From IMG/VR virus record IMGVR_UViG_3300020434_000055: a stretch of 64,000 nucleotides of DNA, one strand, 5' to 3'. The notes beneath the pieces are model-generated. The model ran no database searches and was not told the origin of the DNA. It saw nothing but the letters and a program-made list of their open reading frames with translations. This stretch comes from a virus (Duplodnaviria > Caudoviricetes). Shown here piece after piece: positions 36,008-46,156 of this stretch (position 1 is its first letter; the number at the start of each line of letters is the position of its first letter). The position numbers were made by a program, and so were the translations under genes.

Positions 36008-37600
36008 ATGACAATGAGAAGTTTGGACGGTGTGTTAACTAAAAAGGCACATTTAAAAGAAAAATATACAGAAGAACAATTAAATGATGTCACTAAATGT
36101 GCAGATCATGACTTAGGATATAAAGTTTTTGCTAACAATTTCTTTTATATTCAACATCCTGTAAGAGGTAAATTATTATTCCAGCCTTTTGAATATCAAG
36201 ACAAACTATTACAAAGTTATCATTTACATAGATTTAATGTTAATATGTTACCTCGACAATGTGGAAAAACTACTTCAGCCGCTTGTTATCTATTGTGGTA
36301 TGCAATGTTTCATCCTGATCAAGTAATATTAATTGCCGCACATAAATTTGCAGGTGCTCAAGAAATTATGCAACGTATCCGTTATGCATATGAATTATGT
36401 CCAGATCATATTAGAGCAGGGGTAATAAATTATAATAAAGGGTCAATGGAATTTGATAATGGTAGTAGAATAGTAAGCACAACTACAACTACAAACACTG
36501 GAAGAGGTATGGCAATTTCATTATTATATTGTGATGAGTTTGCTTTCGTAAATGCAGGAATAGCCAGAGAATTTTGGACTTCAATTTCTCCAACATTAGC
36601 AACAGGAGGTAAAGCAATAGTTACATCAACACCTAACTCTGATGAAGATGTATTTGCAACATTATGGAAACAATCTCAAGACAAATTCGATGAAAATGGT
36701 AATGAATCAGAATTAGGTTCTAATGGTTTTTATGGTTTTACTGCTGGATGGGATGAACATCCTGAACGAGATGAAGTTTGGAAACAACAAGAATTAAGTA
36801 GAATAGGTGAAGAAAGATTTAGACGAGAGTACGGTTGCGAATTTTTAGTTTATGAAGAAACTTTAATTAATAGTATTTTCTTATCAACGTTAGAAGGTAA
36901 ACAGCCAATATTTAATATGGGGCAAACACGTTGGTATGAAAAAATTAATAAAGAAAGCACTTATGTAATAGCATTAGATCCTGCAATGGGTACTGGTGGA
37001 GATAATGCCGCCATTCAAGTTTTTGAATTACCATCCTATAACCAAGTTGCAGAATGGAAACATAATACAACTGCTATACCACAACAAATTAGAATTCTAA
37101 AAGACATAGCAAATTATATTAAAGATGAATCAGAAAATCCTAATGGTTCAAATATATATTGGAGTGTAGAAAATAATACAATAGGCGAGTCAGCATTATT
37201 AGTAATTCAAGACTTTGGTGAAGATTCTATACCAGGTATGCTTGTAAACGAACCTATTAGAAAAGGTCATATTAGAAGATTTAGAAAAGGATTTAATACA
37301 ACTCATAAAACTAAAGTTGTTGCCTGTGCAAGATTAAAATCAATGATTGAAAGAGGTAAGATGAAAATTAATAGTAAGCCTCTAGTTAGTGAACTCAAAT
37401 CATTTATAGCATCTGGTGTTACTTACAGAGCTAAAACAGGTGAGCATGATGACCTAGTTAGTGCATCATTATTAGCTATGAGAGTTATTCAAGTACTAAA
37501 AGATTGGGATCCTAAAATATATACGTCTTTCAGTCAAGCAGATGAAGATACTACAGAGAGGGTTATACCACTACCAATTTTTGTTAGCCACGTTAATTGA
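36008..37600 (+). CDS. Terminase large subunit (T4 gp17-like)
   Basis: PRQCGKTT Walker A, LLYCDEFAF Walker B, TSTPN, RFRREY.CEF, ALDPAMG.GGD, VENN, GEHDDLV nuclease motifs. Confidence 0.95.
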   Translation: MTMRSLDGVLTKKAHLKEKYTEEQLNDVTKCADHDLGYKVFANNFFYIQHPVRGKLLFQPFEYQDKLLQSYHLHRFNVNMLPRQCGKTTSAACYLLWYAMFHPDQVILIAAHKFAGAQEIMQRIRYAYELCPDHIRAGVINYNKGSMEFDNGSRIVSTTTTTNTGRGMAISLLYCDEFAFVNAGIAREFWTSISPTLATGGKAIVTSTPNSDEDVFATLWKQSQDKFDENGNESELGSNGFYGFTAGWDEHPERDEVWKQQELSRIGEERFRREYGCEFLVYEETLINSIFLSTLEGKQPIFNMGQTRWYEKINKESTYVIALDPAMGTGGDNAAIQVFELPSYNQVAEWKHNTTAIPQQIRILKDIANYIKDESENPNGSNIYWSVENNTIGESALLVIQDFGEDSIPGMLVNEPIRKGHIRRFRKGFNTTHKTKVVACARLKSMIERGKMKINSKPLVSELKSFIASGVTYRAKTGEHDDLVSASLLAMRVIQVLKDWDPKIYTSFSQADEDTTERVIPLPIFVSHVN

Positions 37601-37606
37601 TAAATA
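37601..37606 (+). promoter_or_regulatory. Late promoter core TAAATA, 6 nt before ATG 37613
   Basis: GATAAATA-CTGCAT-ATG. Confidence 0.6.
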
Positions 37607-37612
37607 CTGCAT

Positions 37613-39676
37613 ATGAACACAGAAGCAATAGCAAACGATTTATTCAACAAAGTTAGAGGTCGATTCCCTGCTGTTACGTTAGGGGATAAAGAAGGCAATG
37701 TGACTAATGAACCTACACAGGCCCGTTATTTTGACTTTGATTTTAAGGAGGCAGGAAAATCGTTAGGAAAGGTAAGTATTAGTATAGACGAGAAAGATGG
37801 TCTTGTAATACTACATAATACGGATTTTATAGAAAATTCCGACGAGGTAGTAAAGCATAAATGGTTTGAATTTCTTAAAGAATTAAGAAATTTTGCTAAA
37901 GCTAGAATGCTTAATTTTGATACAAGAGATATTACAAAAAGTAATCTAGAAAAAAGAGATTATGATTATTTGAGTAAATCTCGTAAAGAAGAAGGAGAAA
38001 GTGTGAGCGAATCTAATATATACGGAACAACAAAAACTAGTTTTCAACCTATTGGAAAAGCACGTTTAGTTATTAAACATTCTGCCCCAGTAGACATGAC
38101 AGTTGCTGGTGGAAGATCTCACAGAATAGAATCTATATTCATAGAAAGCCCTACAGGAGAAAGATTTAGATATCCTCTTAAACATCTTAATGGTGCTAGA
38201 GCAATGGCACAACATATTTCCAATGGTGGAGTTCCTTATGATGACTTTGGAAAACATATTTCAGGATTAAGTGAAGAACTTAATCAACTTAAAAAATTTA
38301 AATCTTATATAAATCGTTCAGCTGTAATGGCAGAAGGACTTTCAGGCTATCTAAGTATTGTAGATGAAAGAATAGAAGAAGTTAAAAATTCCTGCCAAAA
38401 ATTACAAAGAAGTTCTTATTATAATAACGCTGTTAAAGACTTTGTAGCAAGACAATACGAAGAAGTACCAGAAGAACTTAAACAAAATTGGATAGACGAA
38501 TTAACAATTAAAACTTTTAAAGAAGAATTAGAAGATGTATTTCCTTACATATACAAACTAATAGGTGAGAAAACAAAAACTCAAGAAGTTACAGCAGAAG
38601 ATTTTGAAGAAGCAGGATATCAAGGAGAAGTAGAACCACATATGCATCAATTTGATTTATCAGGTGACTTTGATCAAGAAAGAGGTGTATCAGATATTGA
38701 CGCACAACAAATTCAAAAACAATTAGCAGATTCAGGTATTACAGCAGAAGTTCATACAGACGAAATGAATTTTAAAGGTGTTCATATTCACACAATGTCA
38801 TCTAGAGAAGAAGTAGAGAAAGCATTAGGTGACATAGTAGAACGTATTGGCGGTATAGAAGATTTTGAAAAAATAATGAGTACTATTGTAGGTGAAGCAG
38901 AAAATGGTTTATTTTCATCTGATCCAACAGAAGCCAAACAAGCATTAGTAAAATTAAACAATTTAATGGGACGACATTTTCCTGCAGGAGTAAATGGTGT
39001 TAATGGTGTAGAAAGTTTACAAGGCGTTATAGATGACAAAGAACTAAACGACCAAATAGTTTCAATGGGTAGAGAAGATAGTGATGCCTGCATTAGAGGA
39101 ACAATATTAAATTATATCAAAGACAAAAGACCAGACATGGCTAATAGTATTAATACAGGTGATATGGAACCAGAAGAAACATTGACTTGGGAAAATATTA
39201 AACCTTATGTATCTGTACAAAGAGATGATAAAAATAAAGTTCAATATCATGTATTAGACAAAGATGAAAAAGATATATTTGTAACACATGATTCTAAAGA
39301 AGCAACACAATTTTTAAGAAAAAATTGGAAAGATTTAAGACAAGGTACAGCAAAACCAGAAATGCCAGCGGGTTGGGAAGATGACGATAAAGGTGTTGCT
39401 GTTATGAAAGGCCCAGATGGCAAAATTAGTTTAGAACCAAAAACTGATGAACCAGAAGAAGAACCAAAAGAAGATCCAAAAAATTTAGATGAATATATAA
39501 AAAGCTTCTTTGATTATACAACTAATAGTTTTCCAAAAGGAGAAACAGGTCTTTTGACATCAGTGCAAAAGAAATTTGGTGATGAACACGTAAGAAATGC
39601 TGAAGCTATAATCCAAAAATTAATGTTGGGCAAAGATAAAGAAATTAATAGAATAAAAAAATTAGCCGGCGTATAA
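37613..39676 (+). CDS. Large hypothetical protein (late, possibly head-associated)
   Basis: 687-aa ORF with acidic linker regions, ending INRIKKLAGV; no recognised catalytic motif. Confidence 0.55.
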   Translation: MNTEAIANDLFNKVRGRFPAVTLGDKEGNVTNEPTQARYFDFDFKEAGKSLGKVSISIDEKDGLVILHNTDFIENSDEVVKHKWFEFLKELRNFAKARMLNFDTRDITKSNLEKRDYDYLSKSRKEEGESVSESNIYGTTKTSFQPIGKARLVIKHSAPVDMTVAGGRSHRIESIFIESPTGERFRYPLKHLNGARAMAQHISNGGVPYDDFGKHISGLSEELNQLKKFKSYINRSAVMAEGLSGYLSIVDERIEEVKNSCQKLQRSSYYNNAVKDFVARQYEEVPEELKQNWIDELTIKTFKEELEDVFPYIYKLIGEKTKTQEVTAEDFEEAGYQGEVEPHMHQFDLSGDFDQERGVSDIDAQQIQKQLADSGITAEVHTDEMNFKGVHIHTMSSREEVEKALGDIVERIGGIEDFEKIMSTIVGEAENGLFSSDPTEAKQALVKLNNLMGRHFPAGVNGVNGVESLQGVIDDKELNDQIVSMGREDSDACIRGTILNYIKDKRPDMANSINTGDMEPEETLTWENIKPYVSVQRDDKNKVQYHVLDKDEKDIFVTHDSKEATQFLRKNWKDLRQGTAKPEMPAGWEDDDKGVAVMKGPDGKISLEPKTDEPEEEPKEDPKNLDEYIKSFFDYTTNSFPKGETGLLTSVQKKFGDEHVRNAEAIIQKLMLGKDKEINRIKKLAGV

Positions 39677-39703
39677 TCCTAAACAACTATCCAAAAAAAA
39701 TAC

Positions 39704-39760
39704 TTGACTAAATAAAAAAGTTAATATAGTATTGACATTATGTTCGTCTTGTGCTACATT
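39704..39760 (+). promoter_or_regulatory. Tandem sigma70-type promoters upstream of SSB
   Basis: TTGACT-17-TAGTAT (39704-39732) and TTGACA-17-TGcTACATT (39732-39760); AGGAGG SD before ATG 39807. Confidence 0.65.
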
Positions 39761-39806
39761 AACAATAAGGCACAATTAACAAAGGCTAAAAATAGGAGGC
39801 TTAATT

Positions 39807-40760
39807 ATGGCAACATTAGCAGACATTCGTGCTAAACTTAAAGAACAAGAAGCACGTTCAGGCGGAAGCCGATCAGGCGGGGACAACGCCATTTTTCCAT
39901 TTTGGAATCTAAAAGAAGGAGAGCAGGCAACTGTTCGTTTCTTGCCGGATGGAAATAAAGAAAACACTTTTTTCTGGAAAGAGCGATTGATGATTAAATT
40001 GCCCTTTCAAGGAGTCAAAGGTGATACAGACTCAAAACCAGTACAGGTACAAGTACCATGCATGGAAATGTATGGAGAATCTTGTCCTATACTAGCTGAG
40101 GTTAGAGGTTGGTTTAAAGATCCTAAATTAGAGGATATGGGAAGAAAATATTGGAAGAAAAGATCTTATATCTTTCAAGGTTTTGTCGGAACAAATCCTT
40201 TAAACGAGGAAACTACACCAGAAAATCCAATTAGAAGATTTATAATTGGACCACAAATTTTCCAAATTATCAAGGGTGCATTAATGGATCCTGATATGGA
40301 AGATTTGCCAACTGACTCAGTCAATGGTGTTGATTTTAGAATAATCAAAACTAGTAAAGGTGGTTACGCAGACTACTCAACTTCATCTTGGTCAAGAAAA
40401 TCTAGACCGTTATCTGAAGAAGAAACTAAATCAATTGAACAAAACAATTTGTTTAATTTGAGTGATTTCCTTCCAAAGAAACCATCAGAAGTTGATGTTA
40501 AGGTAATCAAAGAGATGTTTGAAGCATCTGTGGATGGCGAAGCATATGACCAAGAAAAATATGGTCAATACTTTAGACCAGCAGGTATTGGTTCTAGAAC
40601 AGGAGATCCTGTAGCAGTTCCAAAATCAAACACACCGGCTCCTGAGAGCAACAAAACTCAGGAAACATCTACGGCTAATACTAGTTCTACTAAATCATCA
40701 CAGCAGAATAGTAAGGCTGAAGACATACTGGCAATGATAAGAGCAAGACAACAAAAGTAG
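39807..40760 (+). CDS. Single-stranded DNA-binding protein (T4 gp32-like)
   Basis: VRFLPDG...CPIL..VR.W...YWKKRSYIFQGFV...G.DFRI.KTSKGGYADYSTS. Confidence 0.85.
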   Translation: MATLADIRAKLKEQEARSGGSRSGGDNAIFPFWNLKEGEQATVRFLPDGNKENTFFWKERLMIKLPFQGVKGDTDSKPVQVQVPCMEMYGESCPILAEVRGWFKDPKLEDMGRKYWKKRSYIFQGFVGTNPLNEETTPENPIRRFIIGPQIFQIIKGALMDPDMEDLPTDSVNGVDFRIIKTSKGGYADYSTSSWSRKSRPLSEEETKSIEQNNLFNLSDFLPKKPSEVDVKVIKEMFEASVDGEAYDQEKYGQYFRPAGIGSRTGDPVAVPKSNTPAPESNKTQETSTANTSSTKSSQQNSKAEDILAMIRARQQK

Positions 40761-40769
40761 TATGAAATT

Positions 40770-40797
40770 TATGGTGGGGATTTAATTCCCCACCGTA
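40770..40797 (+). other. Intergenic stem-loop between gp32 and uvsX
   Basis: TATGGTGGGGA-TTTAAT-TCCCCACCGTA, an 11-bp stem with one G-U pair and no downstream T-run. Confidence 0.65.
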
Positions 40798-40811
40798 GTT
40801 AGGAATTAAAA

Positions 40812-41876
40812 ATGGCAAACAAAGCATTTGACGTATCAAAGTTTAGAAAAAGTATAACAAAGAACATTCAAGGACTAGGCATAGGTTTTACCGATCCAAC
40901 AGATTGGATATCTACAGGTAACTTTGCATTAAATTATTTAATATCAGGAGATTTTAATAGAGGTATTCCATTAGGAAAAGTAACTGTATTAGCAGGTGAA
41001 CCACAAGCAGGTAAATCTTATATAGCATCAGGTAACATTGTTAAAGCGGCACAAGAACAAGGAATTTTTGTAATTTTAATAGATTCAGAAAACGCTTTAG
41101 ATGAAAAATGGTTACAAGCATTAGATGTAGATACAGATGATAAGAAACTTTTAAAATTAAGTTTATCTATGATTGATGATGTAGCAAAAACTATATCAAC
41201 ATTTATGAAAGATTACAAAGAACAATATTCAGAAAATAAAATAGATGCACCAAAAATTTTATTTGTAGTTGATAGTTTAGGTATGTTATTAACACCTACT
41301 GATGTTAAACAATTTGAAGAAGGCGATATGAAAGGTGATTTAGGACGAAAAGCAAAATCATTAACAGCACTTGTAAGAAATTGTGTTAATATGTTTGGTA
41401 GTTGGAATGTAGGACTTGTTGCAACAAATCATACTTATGCATCACAAGATATGTTTGATCCGGATGATAAAATATCAGGCGGACAAGGATTTATATATGC
41501 ATCAAGTATTGTAATTGCAATGAAAAAATTAAAATTAAAAGAAGATGAAGATGGTAATAAAATAACAGATGTACGTGGTATACGAGCATCTTGTAAAGTA
41601 ATGAAAACAAGATTTGCTAAACCATTTGAAGCAGTACAAGTTAAAATTCCATATGATACAGGAATGGATCCATATAGTGGATTAGTAGACTTATTTGAGA
41701 AAAAAGGCCTTTTAGTTAAATCAGGTAATAGATTAAAGTACGTAGATTCTAAAGGAAAAGAGTACTTAGAGTATAGAAAAGCATGGTCCGGAGATAAATT
41801 AAAGATGTTAATGGATGATTTTGACGCTATGCAAGATAATCCAACAGCAAAAGAAATTGACGACGAAACGGAGTAA
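40812..41876 (+). CDS. uvsX: RecA-like recombinase
   Basis: STGNFALNYLISG, GEPQAGKS P-loop, IDSENA, VVDSLGML, NHTY, SGGQGFIYASS, KTRFAKP. Confidence 0.9.
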   Translation: MANKAFDVSKFRKSITKNIQGLGIGFTDPTDWISTGNFALNYLISGDFNRGIPLGKVTVLAGEPQAGKSYIASGNIVKAAQEQGIFVILIDSENALDEKWLQALDVDTDDKKLLKLSLSMIDDVAKTISTFMKDYKEQYSENKIDAPKILFVVDSLGMLLTPTDVKQFEEGDMKGDLGRKAKSLTALVRNCVNMFGSWNVGLVATNHTYASQDMFDPDDKISGGQGFIYASSIVIAMKKLKLKEDEDGNKITDVRGIRASCKVMKTRFAKPFEAVQVKIPYDTGMDPYSGLVDLFEKKGLLVKSGNRLKYVDSKGKEYLEYRKAWSGDKLKMLMDDFDAMQDNPTAKEIDDETE

Positions 41877-41879
41877 ACT

Positions 41880-42113
41880 ATGCTAGACGCTAACAAAGTA
41901 ATAGAACTATGGCAGTTCTTTAAAGAATATCTAGATCAAAAACAAATAAAAATAATTGCAGAAAAATACGTTGATTTATTAGCAGACTACGGAGTTTCAG
42001 ATGTAGAATTACAAGATGCAATAGGTCATGATGACGATTTAGATGAAGCTATAAATTATTATTTAGATGTAGATAATGAGGATAAACACGACGACGAATT
42101 AGAGGATTATTAA
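41880..42113 (+). CDS. Small acidic hypothetical protein
   Basis: 77 aa, coupled to uvsY by TAATG. Confidence 0.6.
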   Translation: MLDANKVIELWQFFKEYLDQKQIKIIAEKYVDLLADYGVSDVELQDAIGHDDDLDEAINYYLDVDNEDKHDDELEDY

Positions 42114-42571
42114 TGTCAAATTGGTACACAATAATATCTAGAGACGTTGGAAAAATACCAGAAGCTATTCAACATTTTGAAACTGAATTACAAAGTGCAA
42201 GATATGAAATAAAAATTAAAGGTAGTGTTGAAAAACAATCAGCAGAGTTACCTGGTGTAGTAGAAAATAGATTTCATCAATTACAAGAAATAGAAGCAAT
42301 ATTAGAATATTTAAACATAGAATTAAGAAGATTAAGAAGCAAATTTTTCAAAAAATATTTAGAAAATTATCAAAGAGCACTATCTAGTAGAGACGTAGAA
42401 AAATATGTAGATGGTGAGCCAGACGTTGTAGACTACGAAAAAATTATTAATGAATTCGCGTTATTACGCAATAAATGGTTAGCTGTTACTAAAGGTTTAG
42501 ACCAAAAACAATGGCAATTAACTAACATTGTCAAATTAAGAGTAGCAGGTATGGAAGACGCTACCATATAA
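42113..42571 (+). CDS. uvsY: Recombination mediator
   Basis: Helical protein with KYLENYQRALSSRDVEKYVDGE and C-terminal QLTNIVKLRVAG; follows uvsX. Confidence 0.7.
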   Translation: MSNWYTIISRDVGKIPEAIQHFETELQSARYEIKIKGSVEKQSAELPGVVENRFHQLQEIEAILEYLNIELRRLRSKFFKKYLENYQRALSSRDVEKYVDGEPDVVDYEKIINEFALLRNKWLAVTKGLDQKQWQLTNIVKLRVAGMEDATI

Positions 42572-42615
42572 TAAATCCTCTCTAACATCCTTCAAATAAA
42601 TATTACAAAATAGCC

Positions 42616-43494
42616 ATGAATGAATTTAAATTACCAAAATTAGAAGGTAACAAACCTGTAGGACCAGATATAATCTATTTTAGTTGTGATCCTAAATATT
42701 GGCATGAGTATGGTTTTTATCTAGCTAAAAGTACTATACATTTTAATCCTGATATTTTTTTACATATTCATATTTTATATAATAATAAAATTGAACCTAT
42801 AACAAAAATTAATGGATATAAAATAACTTATTCGTATGAATGTGTAGATGATAATTTTGTAAATTCATTAATATTAACTCATGACAAAGGATTATTATCT
42901 CAAGGTTATAAAATACTTGAAACAATAAATGAAAAAGTAATTAAACGAAAAATATATTTTGCTAGTGCAAGATTTATTAGAATGAAAGAACTTTTTAAAG
43001 ATAAACAACACGTATTACAATTAGATGCCGATGGATTATGTCGTAAAAATTTTTCTATAGATGAATTTAGAGAAACTACTAAATTACCATCAGCAATGAG
43101 AAAACCAAAAGATCCTGATACATTAATTGCAAGTGCTATAACTCCGGGAACAGGTATTGAAAGTGCTAAATTTAAAAAAGAATTAGCTAATAAAATGACT
43201 GAGATTTTTACTAAACCAATTTATTGGTTTATAGATCAAACTGTATTAAGAGAAGTTTTTAGTAAAATTAAATTTGAATCTATTCCTTATAAATGGAATG
43301 CCTGGGGATTCAAAGACTTTGATATATTCAGTACTGCAAAAGGTCGAAAAAAAAATAATTGGCGATATCTTGATAGAAAAGTTAATTGGTTAACAATAAA
43401 CGAACAAAAAGAATATATTAGGAATACGTCAGAAGAAAGAAAACAAAGATTTCTTCGTAAGAAACAAAAGAAATTGTTATGGCTTAAAAAATGA
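42616..43494 (+). CDS. GT-A-like nucleotide-diphospho-sugar transferase
   Basis: ASARF...VLQLDADGL (DxD)...WFIDQTVL...WNAW. Confidence 0.6.
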   Translation: MNEFKLPKLEGNKPVGPDIIYFSCDPKYWHEYGFYLAKSTIHFNPDIFLHIHILYNNKIEPITKINGYKITYSYECVDDNFVNSLILTHDKGLLSQGYKILETINEKVIKRKIYFASARFIRMKELFKDKQHVLQLDADGLCRKNFSIDEFRETTKLPSAMRKPKDPDTLIASAITPGTGIESAKFKKELANKMTEIFTKPIYWFIDQTVLREVFSKIKFESIPYKWNAWGFKDFDIFSTAKGRKKNNWRYLDRKVNWLTINEQKEYIRNTSEERKQRFLRKKQKKLLWLKK

Positions 43495-44066
43495 AAGTAA
43501 CAGGTTATATAATTTATCTTCCAAACCATAAAAATAGTGTCCTATGGAGTGATGAAGCATTAAAATCTGGGAAAAAATATAATTGGAATTTACAATTATT
43601 TCCTGGCGTTGATGGCAAAAAAGAAACTCTTAAAGATTATGGTTTAACAATATATCAAAAAAATAAAAAATGTAAAAGATATATGTCTAGACCAGGCACA
43701 GCCGGTTGCTTTTTAAGTCAATGGCAGTTATGGAATATGTGTTATAATACTAATAAAACTATAGCAATATATGAGCATGATGTAATTTTTAAAAAGCCAA
43801 TGGAACAACAATATAAATTTAAAGATGTAATTAAATTAGAAGGATTTAAACCAAGTAAACCTGTTGTAGGTCAATGGTGGGAAGGTGCTAGAGCATATCT
43901 AATCACACCTAAAGGTGCTAAAAAAATAATTGATTGGACAAAACTTAATGGTGCTATGCCGGCAGATTGGATGTTAAACAATGGCATTGTTGATATAAAG
44001 TTTGATTCAAACGAAGCAGTTGTAATGAAACAAAGAGCTTTTAGTTTTACAAAGGATTTAAAATGA
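43491..44066 (+). CDS. Glycosyltransferase family 25-like
   Basis: YIIYL...FPGVDG...GTAGCFLSQW.LW...IYEHDV...GARAYLITPKGAKK...ADW. Confidence 0.75.
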   Translation: MKVTGYIIYLPNHKNSVLWSDEALKSGKKYNWNLQLFPGVDGKKETLKDYGLTIYQKNKKCKRYMSRPGTAGCFLSQWQLWNMCYNTNKTIAIYEHDVIFKKPMEQQYKFKDVIKLEGFKPSKPVVGQWWEGARAYLITPKGAKKIIDWTKLNGAMPADWMLNNGIVDIKFDSNEAVVMKQRAFSFTKDLK

Positions 44067-44923
44067 ATCAAAATTGGACTATGGATGTTAATTTTAGACA
44101 CGACCGTTTAAAGAAAAATCATCCAGAAGTGTTTAAAATGAAACGATTAATTTTTCAAGTTGCTGTTGGTACACCAAATAAATTATATGAACTTTGTATT
44201 AAAAGTGTAGCGGAATATTGTAAAAAATATCAAATAGAACATATAGTATTAAGAGAACCTAAATTAAGAATTCGACCAGACATTAATAGAACAGGAAGAA
44301 GTAAACAAGCCGTATCAAGACTAGGATACCTACCTATATATGAAAAAGAAAATGCATTTGAATACTTACGCACTCATGATCAAGTATGCATTGTTGATAG
44401 TGACATATACATTAAAGCAATAGCACCAAACATATTTGATTTATTACCTTTTGATTGTTCATTTGGGGGAGTTATTGAAAGACAAATGCCTCTTACAAAA
44501 AAATATTTTAACAAAATAAGAAAATATTCTAGAAATGCATTTAAAAATTTAACAGATGTTAATTGGAAATGGAATACAAATGGAGCAGAATTTTTTAATA
44601 TGGGTTTAATGTTAATGAATAAAAACATATTATGGTATCTTAAAAATGAAACGCCAAAACAATTTTTATCACGTCCGGAGTTTAAAGATTTTGTAGATGG
44701 TGTGGGTTTTTATAAATGGTCTACGGATCAAATGTTATTAAATTGGTGGGTAAAAACAGAAAAAATGACTGTTAAACATTTAGATTGGAAATGGAATGCT
44801 TTATATACAGCCGTTGAAGACAACAAATTAAAAGAAGCATACTTTGTACATTTCTTTTTAAAAGATTTATTACCTAACAAAGGTGAAGAAATAGAAAGTT
44901 TATTAAAAAAAATAAATGGTTAA
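44063..44923 (+). CDS. Glycosyltransferase family 8-like
   Basis: IVDSDIYI (DxD), FFNMGLML, STDQMLLN, WNAL, FVHF. Confidence 0.7.
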   Translation: MNQNWTMDVNFRHDRLKKNHPEVFKMKRLIFQVAVGTPNKLYELCIKSVAEYCKKYQIEHIVLREPKLRIRPDINRTGRSKQAVSRLGYLPIYEKENAFEYLRTHDQVCIVDSDIYIKAIAPNIFDLLPFDCSFGGVIERQMPLTKKYFNKIRKYSRNAFKNLTDVNWKWNTNGAEFFNMGLMLMNKNILWYLKNETPKQFLSRPEFKDFVDGVGFYKWSTDQMLLNWWVKTEKMTVKHLDWKWNALYTAVEDNKLKEAYFVHFFLKDLLPNKGEEIESLLKKING

Positions 44924-45380
44924 AACAAACGACTTATTATTGGGCTCCGATCATAGAGGAGTAATACTTAAAGAAGAAATATTAAGTTATGTTTCTCCTG
45001 AAAATGATGACGAGAATCCTACAAAATTTAATCTAGCAATAATACAAAATTTAAAACCACACGATACTAAAAAATCTGTCGACTATCCAGATATAGTTAA
45101 AAGGTTTGCATTTTATTTTAATGGTTATTCGCATGGTATATTAATATGTGGCTCAGGTTTTGGTGTATGTATGGCGGCTAATAGATTTAAACATATTAGA
45201 GCAGTAGTTTGTAGAGATGTTTATGATGTTGAGGCGGCACGTCAACACAATAATATGAATGTTATGTGTTTAGGCGCAGATTATACTGATCCTGATACAG
45301 CAAAATATATGGTAGAAGCATTTTTCGAAACAAAATTTGAAGGGGGAAGACATAAACGTAGAGTAAACAAATTATCATGA
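44916..45380 (+). CDS. rpiB: Ribose-5-phosphate isomerase B (RpiB/LacAB family)
   Basis: GSDHRG, DYPD, GILICGSGFGVCMAANRF..IRA..C, QHNNMNVMCLG, FEGGRH.RRV. Confidence 0.9.
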   Translation: MVKTNDLLLGSDHRGVILKEEILSYVSPENDDENPTKFNLAIIQNLKPHDTKKSVDYPDIVKRFAFYFNGYSHGILICGSGFGVCMAANRFKHIRAVVCRDVYDVEAARQHNNMNVMCLGADYTDPDTAKYMVEAFFETKFEGGRHKRRVNKLS

Positions 45381-46156
45381 TACACATAGTAAACAGAATA
45401 ATGAGTACTAGAATTCCTAATCTACGTTATACAATGCCAGGGTTTGGTGATGCAATACATACAATTCTTTTAGCTTACTTGTACGGTAAAGCACATAACG
45501 ATCAAGTCACAATGCATTTAGACAAAGACAAATATAATAAAGATAAACCAGGAACCCTTGCTCAATGTATTTCTTTGTTTCCAAAAAATAAAATTTTTGT
45601 AGAAGGACACGACAAGTGGTTTAAAGGAGATAAAGAATTTGTAGATTATATTACACAACTAAAAGGAAAATGTATTGGACATTATTATAAAGATTTTCCT
45701 AATAGTCATAGAGTACAACAAGTAGTAGAACCTTTCTTTTGGGCTGACGATTATCTTAATGGCGGGGATCCATGTTTACCAGCAGATGATATGAGTCATG
45801 AAGTAAAAATACCTAAAAAATTTATAACTGTACAATGGGACGCAGGTTCTAAAAACAGAATGCTATCTAGTCAACAAATTTCTGAAATACATGATTCTTT
45901 TAAAAAGAAAGGTTATGAAGTTCTTGTAGTTGGTGGACAAGCTCAAGGAAAATTAAGAAGATCATTAAAACATATAGGGTATGCAATGGCAAATGCAGAC
46001 TTTCATGTAGGTGTAGATAGTGGCTATATGCATTTAGCTCAACTATATTTTAAACCAGAAAACATCTACATATATACTAATAAAAAAGGAAAATGGGAAC
46101 ATCATTTATTAAGATTTCATAAAAACGGTTCCAAAGTTAACGAAAAATTTGTATGA
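45377..46156 (+). CDS. GT9 (heptosyltransferase)-like glycosyltransferase with canonical motifs
   Basis: PGFGDAIH near the N-terminus; ADFHVGVDSGYMHLAQ near the C-terminus. Confidence 0.65.
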   Translation: MIHIVNRIMSTRIPNLRYTMPGFGDAIHTILLAYLYGKAHNDQVTMHLDKDKYNKDKPGTLAQCISLFPKNKIFVEGHDKWFKGDKEFVDYITQLKGKCIGHYYKDFPNSHRVQQVVEPFFWADDYLNGGDPCLPADDMSHEVKIPKKFITVQWDAGSKNRMLSSQQISEIHDSFKKKGYEVLVVGGQAQGKLRRSLKHIGYAMANADFHVGVDSGYMHLAQLYFKPENIYIYTNKKGKWEHHLLRFHKNGSKVNEKFV

